64,000 nucleotides of DNA from an uncultured Acidobacteriota bacterium (GCA_964421755.1 CAYQYP010000460.1:17487-81486), one strand, 5' to 3'; positions 20,334-30,917 are shown, numbered from the stretch's first letter. The notes: generated from the sequence alone by a model not told the origin. Numbers and translations are program-made.

Positions 20334-21005
20334 ATGGGCGTAGGTTTTTTGGAACTGTGGGAAAACATGGGCTATCTGGCTCAAGGCGTCGTCGTAATCC
20401 TCGCCATCATGTCGGTATGGTCCATCGGTGTCATGTTTGAGCGGTACCTGACGTATCGTGCCGCTCGTAAACAATCCCGCGCTTTTGCGCCGGCCGTGGC
20501 CGAAGCGCTTCGCACGGGTAACCTCAGGGACGCCATCGAGTTGGCTGAACAGAACAAGAAGAGCCACCTGGCCAAAGTAGTTTCGGCCGGTTTGCAGGAA
20601 TTCGCTGCTCATCAGGGCTCCAAGGAACTGCCCGGTGAAACCATCGAGGCCTCCCGACGTGCGCTGCAGCGCGCGACCGCGATCGGCATCGAGGAATTCA
20701 AGCGCGGCCTCGGCGGCCTGGCCACCATCGGCAGTACCGCCCCCTTCGTGGGTCTGTTCGGCACCACCGTCGGTATCATCAACGCGTTTGCGGGCATGAG
20801 CTCCGGTGAGGACACCGGTATCGCGGCCGTCGCCGGCGGTATTTCCGAGGCCCTTGTCACCACCGCCTTCGGGCTGTTCGTGGCAGTTCCCGCCGTGTGG
20901 ATGTACAACTACTTCACCGGTAAAATCGAGTCGTTCATCGTTGAAATGGACAACTCCTCTTCTGAACTTATCGACTACTTCCTGAAGCGAAGAGGCGACA
21001 AGTAG
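20334..21005 (+). CDS. exbB: MotA/TolQ/ExbB proton channel protein
   Basis: 223 aa, three TM helices, conserved C-terminal region. Confidence 0.8.
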   Translation: MGVGFLELWENMGYLAQGVVVILAIMSVWSIGVMFERYLTYRAARKQSRAFAPAVAEALRTGNLRDAIELAEQNKKSHLAKVVSAGLQEFAAHQGSKELPGETIEASRRALQRATAIGIEEFKRGLGGLATIGSTAPFVGLFGTTVGIINAFAGMSSGEDTGIAAVAGGISEALVTTAFGLFVAVPAVWMYNYFTGKIESFIVEMDNSSSELIDYFLKRRGDK

Positions 21006-21037
21006 GCAGCCATTATTAGAACAGGAGAGGTACTACC

Positions 21038-21481
21038 ATGGGAATGAGTACTGGTGGAGGGTCCAGCGTCAGCAGTGTCAGCCCGGACATCAATGTGACG
21101 CCGATGGCTGACATCATGCTGGTGTTGCTGATCATCTTCATGATCACTACCCCCCTACTTCAGGAAGGCATCAACGTTAACAAGCCCAAGGCGCGTAACG
21201 CCCAGGAGGCCCCTGAAGTCGAGGCGGAAGACTCGACCATTATCACCATCACCCGCGACAAAAGCATCTACGTGAACGCCGACCTGACGCCTCCAGACAA
21301 GCTGATAGACAAGGTGACGGAGCGCGTAGCCGTGGCCAGCGACAAGCCCCTGTTTGTCAAGAGCGATGTCGCCACACCCTATGGAACCGTGGTTGACGTC
21401 ATCAACAAGGCGCGTGATGCCGGAGTCGAGAGGATTGGCCTGATGGTTGATCGACAGATGCGCGAAGGGAGGGTGCCGTAA
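21038..21481 (+). CDS. exbD: Biopolymer transport protein ExbD/TolR (paralog 1)
   Basis: INVTPMADIMLVLLIIFMIT TM motif plus periplasmic domain. Confidence 0.8.
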   Translation: MGMSTGGGSSVSSVSPDINVTPMADIMLVLLIIFMITTPLLQEGINVNKPKARNAQEAPEVEAEDSTIITITRDKSIYVNADLTPPDKLIDKVTERVAVASDKPLFVKSDVATPYGTVVDVINKARDAGVERIGLMVDRQMREGRVP

Positions 21482-21903
21482 TGGCTATGAGAACCGGTGG
21501 CGGAAGAGGGCCGAAATCGGACATCAACATCACTCCCTACATCGATATTCTGCTGGTTCTTCTGATCATCTTCATGGTCATCCAGCCGAAGACGCAGTAT
21601 GACCTCGAAGCGCGGGTTCCGCAGAAAGCTGAAGAGCTTGCGGATAAGAACGTCGTCGTTAAATCCGACGCCATCGTCGTTTCGGTGGAGTCCACCGGGA
21701 TGCTTCGGATCAACGCGGACCAGGTTACGCTTCAGCAGTTGGGATCCCGGCTGTTTGATATCTACAGCGCACGCGCGAACAAGAACATGTTCATCCAGGG
21801 CGATCCTGACCTGCCTTTCGGTGACGTCGTCAGAATTATCGATATCGCCAAAGGCGCCGGCGTCGGCGACATCGGTCTGATGACCCCCGAAAGCGGCGGT
21901 TAG
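21481..21903 (+). CDS. exbD: Biopolymer transport protein ExbD/TolR (paralog 2)
   Basis: INITPYIDILLVLLIIFMV; start overlaps the preceding stop (TAATG). Confidence 0.8.
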   Translation: MAMRTGGGRGPKSDINITPYIDILLVLLIIFMVIQPKTQYDLEARVPQKAEELADKNVVVKSDAIVVSVESTGMLRINADQVTLQQLGSRLFDIYSARANKNMFIQGDPDLPFGDVVRIIDIAKGAGVGDIGLMTPESGG

Positions 21904-21923
21904 CAATTTGGAGGCAGTCTCGC

Positions 21924-22721
21924 ATGAGTTCAAGAAAACTGTATGTCATGACCATCGCGGTCGTACTGACCGTTTTCATGGCATCGGGTTGCACGTTCTA
22001 TAACAAGTTGAAGGCCCGCGATCATCTGAACAAAGGGGTTCAGGCGTACGAGGCGAAGGACTACGTGACAGCCGATGAGCATTTCACGCAGGCCATCCAG
22101 CTCGACCCGGAGCTCTTACATGCCTGGCTTTACAAGGCAACGACGTACCGCGTCCAGGTGATCCCGAACGTCTATACTGAGGACAACAAGAAGCGAGCGA
22201 CCGACGCGATCAAGGCGTTCCAGGATGTCCTCAAAAAGGACGACAAGAACATCAACGCTATCGCCAGCATCGCCAGTCTTTATACAGATCCGCTTCAGGA
22301 CCATGAAAAGGCCGAAGAGTGGCATCGGACGCGGTTGAGAATCAACCCGAAAGACCCGGAGCCGCTTTACGGAATCGCGGTCATGGATTTCGGAACTGTC
22401 AATGAGAAGACCGGCCAGACCGGCGAAAACGTGGAGAACCTCAGTCCCGAAGAAAAGGCCCAGCTGAACGAGCAGGCGGATGCGGGAATCGCGGCGCTCA
22501 AACAGGCGCTCGAGATCAAACCCGAGTACACCGATGCTATGCAGTACCTGAACCTTCTCTACCGTGAGAAGGCCAAGCTGACCGAGGACAAGGCCGAAAA
22601 GCAGAGGTGGTTGCGCGAAGCAGACACCTTGGCTATTGAAGGCCTTAAACTGCAGCGCAAGCAGCAGGAAGAGTTGGAAATGCAGAGGAAACGGCTCAAG
22701 GCATCAACCACCGAAAGCTAG
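21924..22721 (+). CDS. TPR-repeat lipoprotein
   Basis: Lipobox (VFMASGC); TPR-like helices; co-oriented with the tonB-exbBDD module. Confidence 0.6.
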   Translation: MSSRKLYVMTIAVVLTVFMASGCTFYNKLKARDHLNKGVQAYEAKDYVTADEHFTQAIQLDPELLHAWLYKATTYRVQVIPNVYTEDNKKRATDAIKAFQDVLKKDDKNINAIASIASLYTDPLQDHEKAEEWHRTRLRINPKDPEPLYGIAVMDFGTVNEKTGQTGENVENLSPEEKAQLNEQADAGIAALKQALEIKPEYTDAMQYLNLLYREKAKLTEDKAEKQRWLREADTLAIEGLKLQRKQQEELEMQRKRLKASTTES

Positions 22722-22751
22722 CCAGCTGCTGCAACATCCCGAAAACCACAC

Positions 22752-22781
22752 GGCCGGCAGGGTGATCCCTGCCGGCCTTTT
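22752..22781 (+). terminator. Rho-independent terminator (perfect 10-bp stem GGCCGGCAGG/CCTGCCGGCC, loop GTGATC, TTTT)
   Basis: Downstream of the TPR lipoprotein gene. Confidence 0.7.
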
Positions 22782-22808
22782 CACTGCCCACTGCCCACTG
22801 CCCACTAC
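22782..22808. repeat. (CCCACTG)x3 heptamer tandem repeat, second locus
   Basis: cactgcccactgcccactgcccactac immediately after the terminator. Confidence 0.75.
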
Positions 22809-22958
22809 TCGCCTCGGACCCGACGGATTCGGTCCCGATCATCTGGGGAAAGATCCGCTGTTCAGCTCCTGGTCAGCCTGTCAGGCGGCAGTGCGCAGTT
22901 ATCAGTTGGTCCCTCAACTCCTGCCCGCCTTGGTATACAATAGGCACTTCTTCAATCG

Positions 22959-25142
22959 ATGATACGTTTTGAGGATTTGGAAGAGAAGGTTCTGGCGTCT
23001 CAGCCCAACGCCGATCTGGATCTGCTTCGAAAGGCTTACGTCTTCTCCGCCAGAGAACACCGGGGACAGGTACGCTTGTCCGGTGAACCCTACCTCTCCC
23101 ATCCCCTGGAAGTCGCCAACATCCTGTGCGACATGCGGCTGGACGCCGCGTGTGTCAGCGTGGGGCTGCTTCATGATGTCGTCGAAGATACCCTGACGCC
23201 CATCGAAAAGATCCGCGACCTGTTCGGCGAAGACGTCGCCCATATGGTCGACGGGGTCACCAAGATCAGCAAAATCCACTTCGCTTCCCAGCAGGAACAG
23301 CAGGCCGAGAATTTTCGCAAGTTACTGCTGGCGATGGTCGACGATATCCGCGTCATCCTCGTGAAACTTGCCGACCGGCTTCACAACATGCGGACTCTGC
23401 AATACCTGAGTCCGGAAAAGCGGAAGGCAATCGCTCAGGAGACCCTGGATATCTACGCCCCCATAGCCCACCGGCTGGGGATGTCCAAAGTGCGCGGAGA
23501 GCTCGAGGACCTGGCGTTCAGCTATCTCGATCCTGTGTCATACCAGTCGGTCCTTACCCAGGTGGAGGAGAAAAAGGCGACAAGCGACCGATTCATTCGC
23601 GAAATCATTCGCGCGATGGAAACCACCTTTCAGGAGCAGGGCATAGACGCGCAGATTGAGGCGCGGATCAAGCGCATCCACAGCACCTACGAGAAGCTGA
23701 GACGTCAGCAGATCAGCCTCGATCAGGTTTACGATTTCATCGCGATCCGGGTCCTGGTTGGCAGCATTCGTGACTGCTACACGGTTCTTGGCATCGTCAA
23801 CAACATGTGGAACCCGGTTCCGGGCCGCATCAAGGACTTTATTGCCATGCCGCGGCCGAACATGTACCAGTCGCTCCACACGACGGTGATCGGGCCCGAT
23901 GGGCGGCCGTTTGAGGTGCAGATCCGCACCAACGACATGCACCGGATTGCGGAAGAAGGAATCGCGGCACACTGGAAGTACAAGGAAGGGAAGCTGCAGC
24001 GCGACAAGGATGACAAGCGCTTCGTCTGGTTGCGGCACTTGCTCGAGTGGCAACGCGAGGTGAAAGACCCGCAGCTGTTCCTGAGCAATCTTAAAATTGA
24101 CCTTTACCCCGAGGAAGTTTATATCTTCACTCCCAAAGGTGAGGTCGTCACCCTCCCCAGGGGTGCCACGCCCGTTGATTTTGCGTACTACATACACACC
24201 GAAGTCGGACACAAGTGCATCGGTTCCAAAATCAACGGCCGCATCGTCCCCCTCAAGCATCGGCTGAACAACGGCGAAATCGTGGAGATCATTACCGCCG
24301 ATGATGGCCATCCAAGCCGCGAATGGCTGACATTTGTAAAAACCTCGCGCGCCAGAGGCGCCATTCGGCGGTGGATCAACCTCAAGCAAAAGGAACAGGC
24401 GGTCGAAATCGGGCAAAAGCTGCTCCAAAAAGAGGCGCGCCGTTTCAAGATCAATCTCAAGAAGTACAAAGTGAAGTTCGAGCAGGCGCTGGGAGAACTG
24501 AATACTCCGAAAGTCGAAGACCTGTACGCGGCAATCGGCTACGGAAAGATCGCTGCTAAGCAGGTGCTTGCGCGGCTGGATCCGGAGAAGACCAACCAGG
24601 AGGTCAAGGAAGAGCCCGAATCACGACTGACCAGCATGGTTAGACGGGTTTTCCGGCGAACTGACTCGGCGATTCAGGTCAAAGGTTACGATGACCTGCT
24701 CGTCTATCGCGCGAAGTGCTGCAATCCGATCCGTGGCGAGGCAATCGCGGGGTATATCACGGTTGGTCGGGGGATTTCCGTCCACTCGGTCAATTGTGCA
24801 AACGTCGAGAACTTACTCTTGGATCCCGAAAGGCGAGTAGAGGTCGCGTGGACCGATGACGGCGGTACTCCGAAATACCCGGTCCGCCTGTCCATCTACA
24901 CCGAGGACCGGCCTGGCATTCTGGCAGCTATCACGTCTGCCATCTCCGGCGCCGACACGAATATCGTCAACGTGCAGGCGCGTCTCGTGGACGACCGATT
25001 CGGACGCGTTGACATGACGCTCGAAATCGCGGACACCCAGCAGCTGGAAAAAATCACGAACCTGTTGAAGGGTCTTGAGGGGGTGAGAGACGTTGAGCGG
25101 GCGAGGAACAGAGCAAGAGCAGCCAGCCGATCTCGACCATGA
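22959..25142 (+). CDS. Bifunctional (p)ppGpp synthetase/hydrolase RelA/SpoT
   Basis: 727 aa; HD hydrolase domain (HD..ED), synthetase domain (YQSLHTTV), TGS and ACT domains. Confidence 0.9.
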   Translation: MIRFEDLEEKVLASQPNADLDLLRKAYVFSAREHRGQVRLSGEPYLSHPLEVANILCDMRLDAACVSVGLLHDVVEDTLTPIEKIRDLFGEDVAHMVDGVTKISKIHFASQQEQQAENFRKLLLAMVDDIRVILVKLADRLHNMRTLQYLSPEKRKAIAQETLDIYAPIAHRLGMSKVRGELEDLAFSYLDPVSYQSVLTQVEEKKATSDRFIREIIRAMETTFQEQGIDAQIEARIKRIHSTYEKLRRQQISLDQVYDFIAIRVLVGSIRDCYTVLGIVNNMWNPVPGRIKDFIAMPRPNMYQSLHTTVIGPDGRPFEVQIRTNDMHRIAEEGIAAHWKYKEGKLQRDKDDKRFVWLRHLLEWQREVKDPQLFLSNLKIDLYPEEVYIFTPKGEVVTLPRGATPVDFAYYIHTEVGHKCIGSKINGRIVPLKHRLNNGEIVEIITADDGHPSREWLTFVKTSRARGAIRRWINLKQKEQAVEIGQKLLQKEARRFKINLKKYKVKFEQALGELNTPKVEDLYAAIGYGKIAAKQVLARLDPEKTNQEVKEEPESRLTSMVRRVFRRTDSAIQVKGYDDLLVYRAKCCNPIRGEAIAGYITVGRGISVHSVNCANVENLLLDPERRVEVAWTDDGGTPKYPVRLSIYTEDRPGILAAITSAISGADTNIVNVQARLVDDRFGRVDMTLEIADTQQLEKITNLLKGLEGVRDVERARNRARAASRSRP

Positions 25143-25162
25143 GACTCCTGCTCCTCCCGAAA

Positions 25163-25360
25163 CTACGCAACGGCTGGCTTCTGGACTTTGCCTGACTTAA
25201 TGCACTGCGTGCAAACGCGGATCTTCCGGTTGGTTCCGTTAATGACCGCGCGGACCTGCTGGAGATTTGGGTTCCAGCGACGATTGGTCAGATTGTGAGC
25301 GTGCGACACGCGGTGGCCAAACTGAGGACCCTTCCCGCATATCTCGCATACCTTGGCCAT
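25163..25360 (-). CDS. rpmB: 50S ribosomal protein L28
   Basis: MAKVCEICGKGPQFGHRVSHAHN..., 65 aa. Confidence 0.85.
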   Translation of the reverse strand: MAKVCEICGKGPQFGHRVSHAHNLTNRRWNPNLQQVRAVINGTNRKIRVCTQCIKSGKVQKPAVA

Positions 25361-25533
25361 GATTCCTCCGCTTCGGAAAAACGTAAGAATACCATCGGGT
25401 CGCGGCCCGTGTCAATTTGTGCCGGTCCCGACGCCCTGAGGACCTGCAGGCCCTTTTCCTTCTCGTGCTCGGCTTTTCTGCCTTTCCGCCGGGCAGCAAA
25501 CAGACACCCCTTGTTTGCTATCATGAATCCACT

Positions 25534-26715
25534 ATGAAAGAAGCCTACATCCTGTCTGCCTGCCGTACGCCGATCGGAAAATTCCTCGGATCACTATCTT
25601 CGCTGTCGGCCACCGAACTCGGAACCATCGCTGTCCGAGAAGCCATCCGCAGGGCTGGTGTTCCGCCCGAAACGGTTGAAGAAGTCATCATGGGCAATGT
25701 GATCTCCGCCGGTCTTGGCCAGAATCCCGCGCGGCAAACGGCCCTTGGCGCAGGTGTTCCTGCTTCGGCTTCCGCACTGACGGTCAACAAAGTGTGTGGC
25801 TCCGGTCTTAAAGCGATCGGGCTCGCGGCCCAGAGCATCCGGCTGGAGGAGGCCGGCGTCGTCGCGGCTGGTGGAATGGAGAGCATGAGCAATGCGCCAT
25901 ATCTGCTGACTCGCGGCCGAATGGGCTATCGCCTGGGTCATGGTGAAGTGCTCGATGCAATGATTCAGGACGGCCTCTGGGATGTCTATGAAAAGTACCA
26001 CATGGGATGCACCGGCGAGGTCATAGCCGAGAAGTACAATGTGTGTCGCGATGCCCAGGATCAATACGCGGTCGAGTCGCATCGGCGGGCCGTCGAGGCG
26101 ACGAAGACGGGTCGCTTCACCGCTGAGATAGTGCCGGTACCGATTCTTCAGAGAAAGGGTGAGCCGTTGATTGTCGACCGGGACGAAGGGCCCCGTGAGG
26201 ACGCCTCCATTCAGACGCTCGGCAAACTGAAGGCCGCCTTCAAGGAGCAGGGCACTGTCACTGCGGGCAACGCATCTCAGATAAGCGACGGCGGCGCGGC
26301 AGTCTTGGTGGGTTCGGAAGAGGCGGCGAAACGAATCCCGGGGCAACCGATCGCCCGGATCGTCGCATTTGCCACCAGTGGGATCGAACCGTCGCTCGTG
26401 ATGATGGCGCCGCTGGAGGCGATCCGAAAAGTGCGGAGCAAGGCGGGCTGGCAAGACGAACAGGTTGACTTGTACGAGCTCAACGAAGCTTTCGCCGTTC
26501 AGGCGGTTGCGCTTACGAGCCAGGTTCCGCTCGATCCGGCGCGGGTCAACGTGAACGGTGGGGCGATTGCCTTGGGACACCCCATCGGCGCCAGCGGGGC
26601 CCGGGTCCTCGTCACCCTGCTTCACGCGCTGCGAGACCGGGGCGGCCGGCGAGGCGTTGCCAGTCTTTGTCTGGGTGGGGGCAACGCGGTCGCCATGGCA
26701 GTCGAACTGGTCTGA
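25534..26715 (+). CDS. Acetyl-CoA C-acetyltransferase (thiolase II)
   Basis: Track ORF starts at 25417; conserved thiolase N-terminus [17 protein letters not shown] begins at ATG 25534; catalytic Cys (NKVCGSG) and C-terminal CLGGGNAVA motif. Confidence 0.85.
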   Translation: MKEAYILSACRTPIGKFLGSLSSLSATELGTIAVREAIRRAGVPPETVEEVIMGNVISAGLGQNPARQTALGAGVPASASALTVNKVCGSGLKAIGLAAQSIRLEEAGVVAAGGMESMSNAPYLLTRGRMGYRLGHGEVLDAMIQDGLWDVYEKYHMGCTGEVIAEKYNVCRDAQDQYAVESHRRAVEATKTGRFTAEIVPVPILQRKGEPLIVDRDEGPREDASIQTLGKLKAAFKEQGTVTAGNASQISDGGAAVLVGSEEAAKRIPGQPIARIVAFATSGIEPSLVMMAPLEAIRKVRSKAGWQDEQVDLYELNEAFAVQAVALTSQVPLDPARVNVNGGAIALGHPIGASGARVLVTLLHALRDRGGRRGVASLCLGGGNAVAMAVELV

Positions 26716-26811
26716 TGAAGGACATTTTTCGGAAAACCGCATTTTTTTCGGGATTTTTTTCGTAGGTTTTCATTCTCGAACGTTAGATAAATAGGCGCGC
26801 TTGGAGAAACC

Positions 26812-27669
26812 ATGAAAATAGGCGTCGTCGGAGCTGGAACAATGGGAGGAGGAATCGCTCAGGTCGCGGCGTTTTCGGGTCTTGACGTGGTCCTGCGCGA
26901 CATCTCCGCTGAAAACCTGCAGAAGGGACGCGCCCAGATAGAGAAAAGCCTGCGGAAGGTCATTGAGAAGTCCGAGGCCCAAGACAAGCCGGCACTGTTC
27001 GACCAGACACTTGAGAGGATCGATTGGACGACCGACTGGGCTGACATGGAAGGCTGCGACCTCGTGGTCGAGGCAGTTTTTGAGAACCTGGAGATAAAAT
27101 CCTCGGTTTTTCAGGAACTTGACCGGGTGTGTGGGCCGCAGACCATCCTGGCCAGCAACACCTCATCGATCTCGATCACGAAGCTTGCCCGCACGACTCG
27201 CCGTCCCGAGAAAGTCATCGGAATGCACTTCATGAACCCGGTTCCGCTGATGAAACTGGTCGAAATCGTCCGAGGAGTGCTGACGAGTCAGGAAACCTAC
27301 GAGCAGACTCGCGATCTGGCCTCGGCCGTCGGAAAGACCCCTGTGGAAGTAAAAGACTTCCCGGGTTTCATCTCCAATCGGATCTTGATGCCGATGGTCA
27401 ACGAGGCGGTTTTCGCGTTGATGGAAGGGGTCGCGGACGCGGAATCGATCGACCAGGTCATGAAGCTTGGAATGAACCATCCGATGGGCCCCCTTCGTCT
27501 GGCCGACCTGATCGGCCTGGACGTGTGCCTGGATATCATGAATGTACTGTTCGACGGGTTCAAAGATTCCAAGTATCGGCCCTGTCCACTGCTGGTGAAG
27601 ATGGTCGATGCCGGACTGCTTGGGCGAAAGGGCGGCCGCGGTTTCTACGATTACCGGGATGCGAAGTAG
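26812..27669 (+). CDS. hbd: 3-hydroxybutyryl-CoA dehydrogenase
   Basis: [16 protein letters not shown] Rossmann motif; C-terminal 3HCDH domain. Confidence 0.85.
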   Translation: MKIGVVGAGTMGGGIAQVAAFSGLDVVLRDISAENLQKGRAQIEKSLRKVIEKSEAQDKPALFDQTLERIDWTTDWADMEGCDLVVEAVFENLEIKSSVFQELDRVCGPQTILASNTSSISITKLARTTRRPEKVIGMHFMNPVPLMKLVEIVRGVLTSQETYEQTRDLASAVGKTPVEVKDFPGFISNRILMPMVNEAVFALMEGVADAESIDQVMKLGMNHPMGPLRLADLIGLDVCLDIMNVLFDGFKDSKYRPCPLLVKMVDAGLLGRKGGRGFYDYRDAK

Positions 27670-27724
27670 TGCGTCAATAGCGAGCCGGACAACTTAACTG
27701 TCTGTTTGCGTCAGGAGAGCAATC

Positions 27725-28756
27725 ATGGGTGAGGACGTTAATAAGAAACGGGCCCTCGATATGGCCCTGAGTCAGATCGAGCGGCAATTTGGAAAAGGAT
27801 CGATCATGCGCCTGGGAGACCGGGTCGGCGTGTCGGTCCCGGTGATTTCGTCCGGTTCGATATCCGTCGACGCGGCCTTGGGTATCGGCGGATTCCCCCG
27901 CGGTCGTGTCACTGAAATCTATGGGCCCGAGTCGAGCGGTAAGACTACCATGGCCTTGCATGCGATTGCCGAGGCGCAGAAAGCCGGCGGGTCCGCGGCT
28001 TTCATTGACGCCGAACACGCGATGGACGCCGCGTACGCCAAGCGTCTGGGAGTCAATGTCGACGACCTGCTCGTCTCCCAGCCCGACAGCGGCGAGCAGG
28101 CACTCGAGATATGCGAGATGCTGGTAAGGAGTGGGGCAATCGACATCGTCGTCGTCGATTCCGTCGCCGCACTCGTGCCGAAGGCCGAGCTCGAAGGTGA
28201 AATGGGCGACTCGCACGTCGGGCTCCAGGCCCGGCTCATGTCCCAGGCCTTGCGAAAACTGGCAGGCATCGTCTCCAAGTCAAACACCTGCCTGGTTTTC
28301 ATCAACCAGATTCGCGAAAAGATAGGCGTAATGTTTGGCAATCCCGAGACGACAACCGGCGGCCGGGCATTGAAATTTTACGCCTCGATTCGCCTCGAGG
28401 TCCGGCGGATCGCCACGATCAAGGAAGGCGAAAACAACGTCGGAAACCGAACTAAGGCGAAGATCGTCAAAAACAAGCTTGCCCCCCCCTTTAAGGAAGC
28501 CGAATTCGACATCACCTTCGGGCTGGGAATTTCCCGGGAAGGCGAATTGCTGGACCTGGCAGTCGAGCACAAGATCATCGAGAAAAGCGGATCCTGGTTT
28601 TCTTACGGACAGGATCGCCTCGGCCAGGGGCGCGAAGCCGCCAAGCAGTTCTTACGGGATAATCCGGCGATCGCCACGGAAGTGACTCAAAAAGTCAAAG
28701 TCGCTATCGGCATCATCCGGCCACCGCTCCAGAAGGTGGAAGCCGCCGGGAAGTAA
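27725..28756 (+). CDS. recA: Recombinase RecA
   Basis: 343 aa; GPESSGKTT Walker A plus L1/L2 loops. Confidence 0.95.
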   Translation: MGEDVNKKRALDMALSQIERQFGKGSIMRLGDRVGVSVPVISSGSISVDAALGIGGFPRGRVTEIYGPESSGKTTMALHAIAEAQKAGGSAAFIDAEHAMDAAYAKRLGVNVDDLLVSQPDSGEQALEICEMLVRSGAIDIVVVDSVAALVPKAELEGEMGDSHVGLQARLMSQALRKLAGIVSKSNTCLVFINQIREKIGVMFGNPETTTGGRALKFYASIRLEVRRIATIKEGENNVGNRTKAKIVKNKLAPPFKEAEFDITFGLGISREGELLDLAVEHKIIEKSGSWFSYGQDRLGQGREAAKQFLRDNPAIATEVTQKVKVAIGIIRPPLQKVEAAGK

Positions 28757-28759
28757 AAG

Positions 28760-28806
28760 ACAGACAAGGAGACCGGGAGACCAGGAGACGGGGAGACAAG
28801 GAGAGA
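28760..28806. repeat. GGAGAC-rich tandem repeat (half-copy of the 30686 palindrome arm) 3 nt after the recA stop
   Basis: gacagacaaggagaccgggagaccaggagacggggagacaaggagag; same repeat unit as 30686-30745. Confidence 0.7.
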
Positions 28807-28927
28807 ACGCGCCTTGAGCTAGCTCCAACTCGTGGTCCCGTCTATTCGGACTCATAATAGGCTTTTGCTTCTTCCCGATTTTCTCGGAAGCTTGAAGGTG
28901 TAGGCATAGCTCGCATACAATGCCTGC

Positions 28928-29191
28928 ATGACCGGCAGGCGCAAGGGCAGGCAGTATACGATTCGCGACGTTCCCACACGTGTTGATGAAGCACTGAAGA
29001 AATGGGCCCGGCGGGAAGGGAAAAGCCTCAACCAGGTGACGGTCGAGGCGTTAACCCTGGCCGTCGGGCTCGGCGAGGAGCCTCCGCTTCATCACGATCT
29101 CGATCATCTGGCGGGTACATGGGTGGCCGACCCTCAGTTCGACCAGGTCCTTCTGGATCAGGACAGAATCGACCCGGACCTGTGGCAATGA
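28928..29191 (+). CDS. Antitoxin VapB-like (putative)
   Basis: 87 aa; stop overlaps the downstream PIN-domain gene start (ATGA); upstream TTGAAG-18-TACAAT promoter-like sequence. Confidence 0.6.
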   Translation: MTGRRKGRQYTIRDVPTRVDEALKKWARREGKSLNQVTVEALTLAVGLGEEPPLHHDLDHLAGTWVADPQFDQVLLDQDRIDPDLWQ

Positions 29192-29571
29192 GAATTGCAT
29201 TAGATACGAATCGCTACGTGGATTTCTGCAAGGGAGTCCCGGAAGCGGTGAAGACCATTCAAATCGCGGAACAGATTCTCATCCCTTTGATCGTTCTTGC
29301 CGAACTACGGGCCGGGTTCTTGGCCGGCAGCCGGGCCAAAGAAAACGAAGCGAGTCTGGCTCGGTTCTTAAACTCCGATCGCGTCCAGGTCCTTTGCCCG
29401 GACGAGCAGACGAGCCATCACTATGCGCGCCTGTTTCTGCAACTCCGCCGCCAAGGGACCCCGATCCCGACCAACGATCTCTGGGTAGCGGCCCTCGTCG
29501 TTCAGCATGACCTGTTTCTCTGTGCAAGAGACCAGCATTTTGACCATCTTCCGCAGCTTCCAAGGCTGTAA
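29188..29571 (+). CDS. PIN-domain toxin VapC-like
   Basis: MRIALDTNRYVDF... with the acidic residues of a PIN fold (D6, E40, D93, D111 region), 127 aa. Confidence 0.7.
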   Translation: MRIALDTNRYVDFCKGVPEAVKTIQIAEQILIPLIVLAELRAGFLAGSRAKENEASLARFLNSDRVQVLCPDEQTSHHYARLFLQLRRQGTPIPTNDLWVAALVVQHDLFLCARDQHFDHLPQLPRL

Positions 29572-29668
29572 TCTGTTACCCGAAAGTGCCCGTCCCGCCT
29601 CGGTCGAATCGTCCCCCTGACTTGCTGCTTCCGCTTCACCTAAGGTAAGATTTGACATTCACGCTTGT

Positions 29669-29739
29669 TCGGGGGTCGTCCAACGGTAGGACAGCGGCCT
29701 TTGGAGCCGCTGATCCAGGTTCGAATCCTGGCCCCCGAG
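29669..29739 (+). tRNA. tRNA-Gln(TTG), no encoded CCA
   Basis: Manual fold: acceptor TCGGGGG/CCCCCGA, D-arm GTCC-AACGGTA-GGAC, anticodon stem GCGGC/GCCGC with loop CTTTGGA, T-arm CCAGG-TTCGAAT-CCTGG. Confidence 0.7.
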
Positions 29740-29798
29740 CTCTTCGCCCCGTTCGCCCCACCCTCTCAACCAGCGGCGAAATCTGGTATAACCCCCAT

Positions 29799-30686
29799 AT
29801 GCCTGAGTTACCTGAAGTGGAAACCGTCCGCCGCAGCTTGGAATCCCGCCTGGTTGGGGCCCGCATCTCGAACTGCTGCGTCACTGAGAAGAAAATCCTG
29901 CGATCGACGAGAGGGGTCGACATACTCGAGGGCCAGACCGTGCTGTCACTTGATCGCCGTGGGAAGTACCTGATCGTGGAGACGGATCGCCACCACGTCA
30001 TCGTTCACCTGGGAATGACCGGTCAACTGACCATCCGGGATCCGAATCGCCCGGATTCGCAAAGCTTCGACCGGCACCCGGTGACCGGCTTGGAGACAGC
30101 TGTTCAACATCCGCCTGACCGGCACACCCACTTCCACGTTTGCCTCTCCGATGGACGGAGTCTGTTGTTTCGGGATACACGGAAATTCGGGCGGGTTTTC
30201 GTACTGGAAAAGGATGGGCATTCGCTGTTGGATTTTTTCGCGGCCAGAAAGCTCGGCCTCGAGCCGTTCAGCCCCAGTTACCAGCTGCCAGCATTTCTGG
30301 CGTTGCTTCGCAAGCGAACCCTACGGATCAAGTCGCTGCTGCTTAACCAGAGTTTCGTGGCAGGAGTCGGCAATATCTACGCGGACGAAGCCCTTTTCGA
30401 GGCCGGAATCCACCCCGCTCGGCGGACAACTACGTTGCGTCGATCGGAGAAGATCCTGCTTTTTGAGAAAGTGCTGGTTGTTCTGGAGCGAGGGATCCGA
30501 AACAAAGGGACGACTTTTCGGGACTTCATCGACGGCGATGGCCGGGAGGGCGACAACCGGGATGAGCTTTTCGTTTACGGGCGGGCCGGAGAGCCGTGCC
30601 TCAGATGCGGAACCGCGATCCGGAAGATAGTCGTGAGCCAGCGGGGCACCCACTTCTGCCCGACTTGTCAGCCCCGGAAACGCTAG
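29799..30686 (+). CDS. mutM: Formamidopyrimidine-DNA glycosylase
   Basis: Track ORF starts at 29652 and overlaps the tRNA; true start MPELPEVETVRR (catalytic Pro2, Glu3) at ATG 29799; C-terminal zinc finger CLRCGT...CPTC. Confidence 0.9.
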   Translation: MPELPEVETVRRSLESRLVGARISNCCVTEKKILRSTRGVDILEGQTVLSLDRRGKYLIVETDRHHVIVHLGMTGQLTIRDPNRPDSQSFDRHPVTGLETAVQHPPDRHTHFHVCLSDGRSLLFRDTRKFGRVFVLEKDGHSLLDFFAARKLGLEPFSPSYQLPAFLALLRKRTLRIKSLLLNQSFVAGVGNIYADEALFEAGIHPARRTTTLRRSEKILLFEKVLVVLERGIRNKGTTFRDFIDGDGREGDNRDELFVYGRAGEPCLRCGTAIRKIVVSQRGTHFCPTCQPRKR

Positions 30687-30917
30687 ACAAGGAGACTGGG
30701 AGACAAGGAGAGGGGGAGACAAGGAGACAAGGAGACAAAGACAAAAGCCGATTACGATTACGATCACGAGCGCGAGCACGAGAAGACACTGGGAGAAGCC
30801 GAGGGCGGGGTTACCTGTTCGGCTCGCGCTCGTGATCGTGATCGTGATCGTAATCGTAATCGCAATCGGCTTTTGTCTTTGTCTCCTTGTCTCCCAGTCT
30901 CCTTGTCTCCTTGTCTG
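30686..30917. repeat. ~230-bp imperfect palindrome built from tandem sub-repeats, exactly filling the space between the convergent mutM and sppA stop codons
   Basis: Left arm 30686-30782 ((GGAGACAAG)n then CGATTACGATTACGATCACGAGCGCGAGCACGAG); right arm 30824-30917 is its reverse complement with indels ((CGTGAT)3(CGTAAT)2...(CTCCTTGTC)n); central loop ~40 nt. Confidence 0.85.
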
